This document shows positions 60,351 to 64,000 of a stretch of 64,000 nucleotides of DNA, in pieces. The notes beneath the pieces were generated by a model. The model was not told the origin of the DNA. It saw only the letters and a program-made list of their open reading frames with translations, and did no database searches. Numbering within the stretch: the first letter of the stretch is position 1; each line of letters opens with the position of its first letter. A program made the position numbers and the translations under genes. Source of the stretch: Nitrospirota bacterium (GTDB taxonomy: Bacteria > Nitrospirota > Thermodesulfovibrionia > Thermodesulfovibrionales > Dissulfurispiraceae). The DNA is taken from positions 608,001-672,000 of the forward strand of contig CAVPZX010000002.1 in the NCBI GenBank assembly GCA_963710375.1. The letters run 5' to 3'.

Positions 60351-61643
60351 TTAAACGCCTTTGGGGGAGCGTTTGCTCTTGCTGGAATGTTCCCTTTTGG
60401 TTCCTTGATGACGGTCTCCAGGAGATTTTTTATGTGACTTATCTGAAGCCGCCCGGAAATGTTTTTTTGCCGGGAAGTACGCTGCAGGCTGCTTGTAGTC
60501 CTTTACTACCATGTCGTCTTCCACCGGAACAACCGGAATTTTCGCTTTGATATACTTCTCTATGTCCTCGAGGGCATAGACATATTCCTCGCAGACAAAG
60601 CTTATAGCCTTCCCCTCAGCTCCAGCCCTGGCAGTCCTGCCTATACGGTGGACGTAGTCTTCTCTGTCCTGGGGCAGGTCATAGTTGATTACATGAGTGA
60701 CTCCATCAATGTGGAGTCCCCGGCTGGCAACATCAGACGCCACCAGCACAGGAAGGGTCCCTGCCTTGAAACGGGAAACTATATCTGAGCGCTTCCATTG
60801 CGGAATGTCTCCGGTTATGGCGGCTGCTTTTATACCATTCGCCTTGAGCAGTCTCTCAAGTCTCTCGGCAGTTATTTTCATGTTTGTAAAGATCAGGATG
60901 CGGCCGGCTTTCTCGCCGCGCAATATGCCAAGCAGAAGGCCCGGCTTTTCCGATGTCCCCACATGGTAAAGTTCCTGTTTGACCTCTTTCACAGTTATCT
61001 GTTCAGGCGTGATGGAAACCTTTTCAGGAAGGTTCATGTATTCGTAGCAAAGCTCCATAACACGGTAGGACAGCGTTGCTGAAAAAAGCATGGACTGCCG
61101 CTTCGTATAGGGCGACATCCTCCGTAACAGGAAGCGTAGATCTTTGATAAAACCCATATCGAACAAGCGGTCGGCTTCGTCGATCACAAGGAACTCGGTC
61201 TTTTTAAGGTTGTAGATGTTTTGTTTCAGGTAATCGATAAGACGGCCCGGAGTGCCTATGACCATGTCGGCCCCCTGCTTTAGCTCAGCGCGCTGTTTAT
61301 TATAGTCAATGCCTCCATAGATAGGAATTATATTGAATGCGGTGAACTGGCCGAGAAGGAGGGCTTCATCATGAATCTGCGTCACTAGTTCGCGGGTTGG
61401 GGCAATTACGAGAGCACGAGGCGACGAAGCCTGCTTTGGCGGCTGCTGAACAAGCATACGCGAGAAAACAGCGATCAGAAATGCGGCAGTCTTCCCAGTG
61501 CCTGTCTGGGCCTGGGCAGCTATATCTTTCCCGCTCAGCGCATCGGGCAGTGTAGCAGCCTGTACCGGTGTACACTCCAGGAAACCGGCGGCTTTAATGC
61601 CATTAATAACAGCCTCAGGAATACCAAGATTATCGAACAGCAT
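60351..61643 (-). CDS. DEAD-box RNA helicase (RhlB-like)
   Basis: AQTGTGKT, PTREL, TPGRL, DEAD, SAT, HRIGRTAR. Confidence 0.93.
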   Translation of the reverse strand: MLFDNLGIPEAVINGIKAAGFLECTPVQAATLPDALSGKDIAAQAQTGTGKTAAFLIAVFSRMLVQQPPKQASSPRALVIAPTRELVTQIHDEALLLGQFTAFNIIPIYGGIDYNKQRAELKQGADMVIGTPGRLIDYLKQNIYNLKKTEFLVIDEADRLFDMGFIKDLRFLLRRMSPYTKRQSMLFSATLSYRVMELCYEYMNLPEKVSITPEQITVKEVKQELYHVGTSEKPGLLLGILRGEKAGRILIFTNMKITAERLERLLKANGIKAAAITGDIPQWKRSDIVSRFKAGTLPVLVASDVASRGLHIDGVTHVINYDLPQDREDYVHRIGRTARAGAEGKAISFVCEEYVYALEDIEKYIKAKIPVVPVEDDMVVKDYKQPAAYFPAKKHFRAASDKSHKKSPGDRHQGTKREHSSKSKRSPKGV

Positions 61644-61773
61644 ATATTACTATACCTTATAACCGTTGATGGCCGCAAAAAACATGTAAAGCAAGAAAGA
61701 AAACGATGGATATCTTGGAAGCCGGCCACTGCGGGAAAAAATGCCTTTATAAACCCGAACAGTTGAGAGAATG

Positions 61774-63253
61774 CTACGCCCTTTTGGTTTTGCCCCTGCT
61801 TTTGCCCTTTGCTTTAGCTGTCTTTCTTGACAGACCCTTGTGCCCTTTCTTGCGCTCGTGCCCGCCCTTAATTTTTTTCTTATAAGAAACCTTGTGAACT
61901 AATGCCCTGTCATCACGGTCAGGGGAAAATTTTCCCTTGGGCGGAAGCGTTATCATATTGCCTGATCTCAGGTGTTCCAAACCGTTCATAGAGTTCATAG
62001 CTATAATAGTCGAGATGGGTATGCCCGTCTTCTTGGCAATCTTCTTTATAGTGTCGCCTTTTTTCAGTGTATACCGCTCAACGGTAAACCTCTCTTCTTT
62101 GGGTATTGTGGTTAGATTCTTCAGGAATATATCCTTGCTCCCTGCCGGAATTCTTATCGTGTACTCAGCTACGTTGGGTGGTGTACTCCATCTCCTGAGT
62201 TCAGGGTTCGCTTCTCTGATTTCTTTTTCTGTGCACTCTGCACACTTGGCAATAACGTCGATATCAAGCGGCGAGCCGACAGTCACTTCATCATATTCGA
62301 ACGGTTCGCGATAATCCAGGTTATCAAAACCGTATTCCTCTGGGGTATTGGCGATCATTGTAGCAGCGATATAGCGCGGCACATACTGTTTTGTTTCATT
62401 TCGTATCTGCTTCGTGTTGAGAAGCGACCAATAATCGTCCGAATCGCTTTTCCTGAGTGCTTTTGAAATCTTCCCCTCGCCGGCATTATATGCTGCGAGG
62501 GCCAGGTTCCAGGAACCGAACATTTTATAAAGGTCTTTTAAATATTCCGCAGCCGCCTCTGTCGACTTTACCGGGTCTTTCCGTTCATCACGCCACCAAT
62601 CAATTACCAGACCGTAACGTTTCGCTGTGGAAGCAATAAACTGCCATGGCCCTACTGCCCTAGCCCTTGAGTATGCATTAGGATTAAACCCGCTTTCCAC
62701 AATCGGCAGAAACACAAGCTCTTCAGGAAGGTGCTTACCCTTCAGTATTTCTTTCATTATTTCTATGTATTGAGCCGATCTCTCAAGATAAACTGTAAAC
62801 CTTTCTTTTATGCCATCCTTAAAAAGATCGACACTTTTTTCTATCGCTTTCAGAGCTGTTTCGTTTGATGCATATGAATCATCACTGAGCGGGGCTTTAT
62901 TCTTTTCCTTCTTATCATTGTCAGGGACAGCTGCAACAGCCTGCTTATCTACTGCCGGCGCAGGAACGCCCACCGCAGGATCGTTACTCGCATGGTTCAG
63001 TCTGAGGGTCTGGAGAAGAAGGGACATTTTTGTCAGCAGGCGTTTCTGTTGCAGCTATTGTCTTATTTGGTTCAGTCTGAGCGCCCTGTGGTAACTGGGC
63101 GGGCAACACAGGCGCCTTTTCAACGAGATTTTCCTGAAAGTTCTCAGGCTCTGCAGGCCGGGCTTTTGTCACGTCGGCAGTGGCCGGTAAAGCCGCAAAA
63201 ATAAACAAGCCTAAAAAAACTGCCAATACGCCTAAAAAATCAGTTTTTTTCAT
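61774..63253 (-). CDS. mltD: MltD-like lytic transglycosylase with LysM; frameshift near 63000-63030
   Basis: Signal peptide MKKTDFLG in the upstream frame; VESGFNP.AYS, GPWQF, LAAYNAGEG, ETKQYVP, LysM. Confidence 0.85.
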
Positions 63254-63330
63254 ACGGATATATTTGTAACCTAAGTGAAATATAAAAGTCAAGAACCCTC
63301 CCGACAATCATCTGGTAAAATAAAAAGAAG

Positions 63331-64000
63331 TTATGCTGCTTCGGCCTTCTGCTTTTTTTTGGCTGCTGCCGCCGCAAGCACGTCTGCTGTATTAAAGGTG
63401 CCTTCAATCGCCTGCACAGGGCATTTTGCTGTGCATATGCCGCAGCCGATGCATTTTTCCTGCGCAATGGTATACATTTTCTTAGGCTCGCCGCTTGGAG
63501 CATTTACCGGGCAAACTTTGGCGCATATCTGGCATCCTATGCATTTGTCGGTAACAACCGCTTTGGGTCTGTAGTGAATAAAATCAATAATTGCATGGGT
63601 GGGACACACATCCGTGCAGAGTCCGCATACCCTGCACTTGGCGATATCGATACGCGAGAGATTATTCTCAATCTTCGGTGCATCAAAAGGACAAACTTTT
63701 ACGCATTTTCCGCATGCGATACAGCCGATCTGACAGTTTTTCCGTACCTCTCCACCCTTGTCCTTTGAATGGCAGGATACGAGCACAGCCTTTGACCCAG
63801 GCAGAACTTCAATGACCCTTTTAGGACATGCTGTCTCGCACTTACGGCACCCGGTACACTTGGCGATATCGACAACGGGCATGTGGGTCTCACTCATGGT
63901 TATTGCGCCAAAAGGACAGACTCGGGCACAAGTCCCGTAGCCAAGACATCCGTAGATGCAAGACTTGTCTCCTCCCCCAGCAAGCACAGAAGCCCTGCAA
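63331..64000 (-). CDS. rnfB: RnfB-like polyferredoxin (5' end outside window)
   Basis: GGDKSC.YGCLG.G.C...[14 protein letters not shown], several CxxCxxCxxxCP motifs. Confidence 0.85.
   Translation of the reverse strand, partial: CRASVLAGGGDKSCIYGCLGYGTCARVCPFGAITMSETHMPVVDIAKCTGCRKCETACPKRVIEVLPGSKAVLVSCHSKDKGGEVRKNCQIGCIACGKCVKVCPFDAPKIENNLSRIDIAKCRVCGLCTDVCPTHAIIDFIHYRPKAVVTDKCIGCQICAKVCPVNAPSGEPKKMYTIAQEKCIGCGICTAKCPVQAIEGTFNTADVLAAAAAKKKQKAEAA

Overview
Bacterial chromosomal segment. Gene content and order suggest an anaerobic Nitrospirota (Thermodesulfovibrionia-like) or deltaproteobacterial-type genome; this is inferred, not tested. The housekeeping backbone is purA-comF, nfi, pckA, hisA-hisF, rfaE1, tolQRAB-moaC, a long minus-strand cluster (yicC-remA-gmk-rpoZ-coaBC-pepQ-efp-accBC-thiE, then mtnA-ispB), pat, a DEAD-box helicase, mltD and rnfB. 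Three accessory stretches interrupt it: about 1.5-10.4 kb, 18.9-24.9 kb and 27.7-34.9 kb. No tRNA, rRNA or CRISPR array was found. Signals the ORF track misses: (1) an IS481-like element sitting directly against a near-consensus sigma70 promoter, whose -35 box supplies the transposase stop codon and which fronts a ~150-nt rod-shaped candidate ncRNA; (2) a sigma54 promoter with a divergent enhancer-binding protein driving a secreted protein built of exact 42-aa repeats, whose fourth repeat lies beyond an amber codon; (3) a 55-aa dual-CXXC selenoprotein candidate (in-frame UGA plus SECIS-like hairpin) followed by a NYN nuclease gene that appears to start at ATT; (4) six palindromic hepta-/octanucleotide tandem-repeat elements at gene junctions, and two MITEs; (5) a stand-alone IF2 C-terminal paralog and a UDG-fold orphan. 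Six genes carry 1-2 nt frameshifts, which may be assembly errors.
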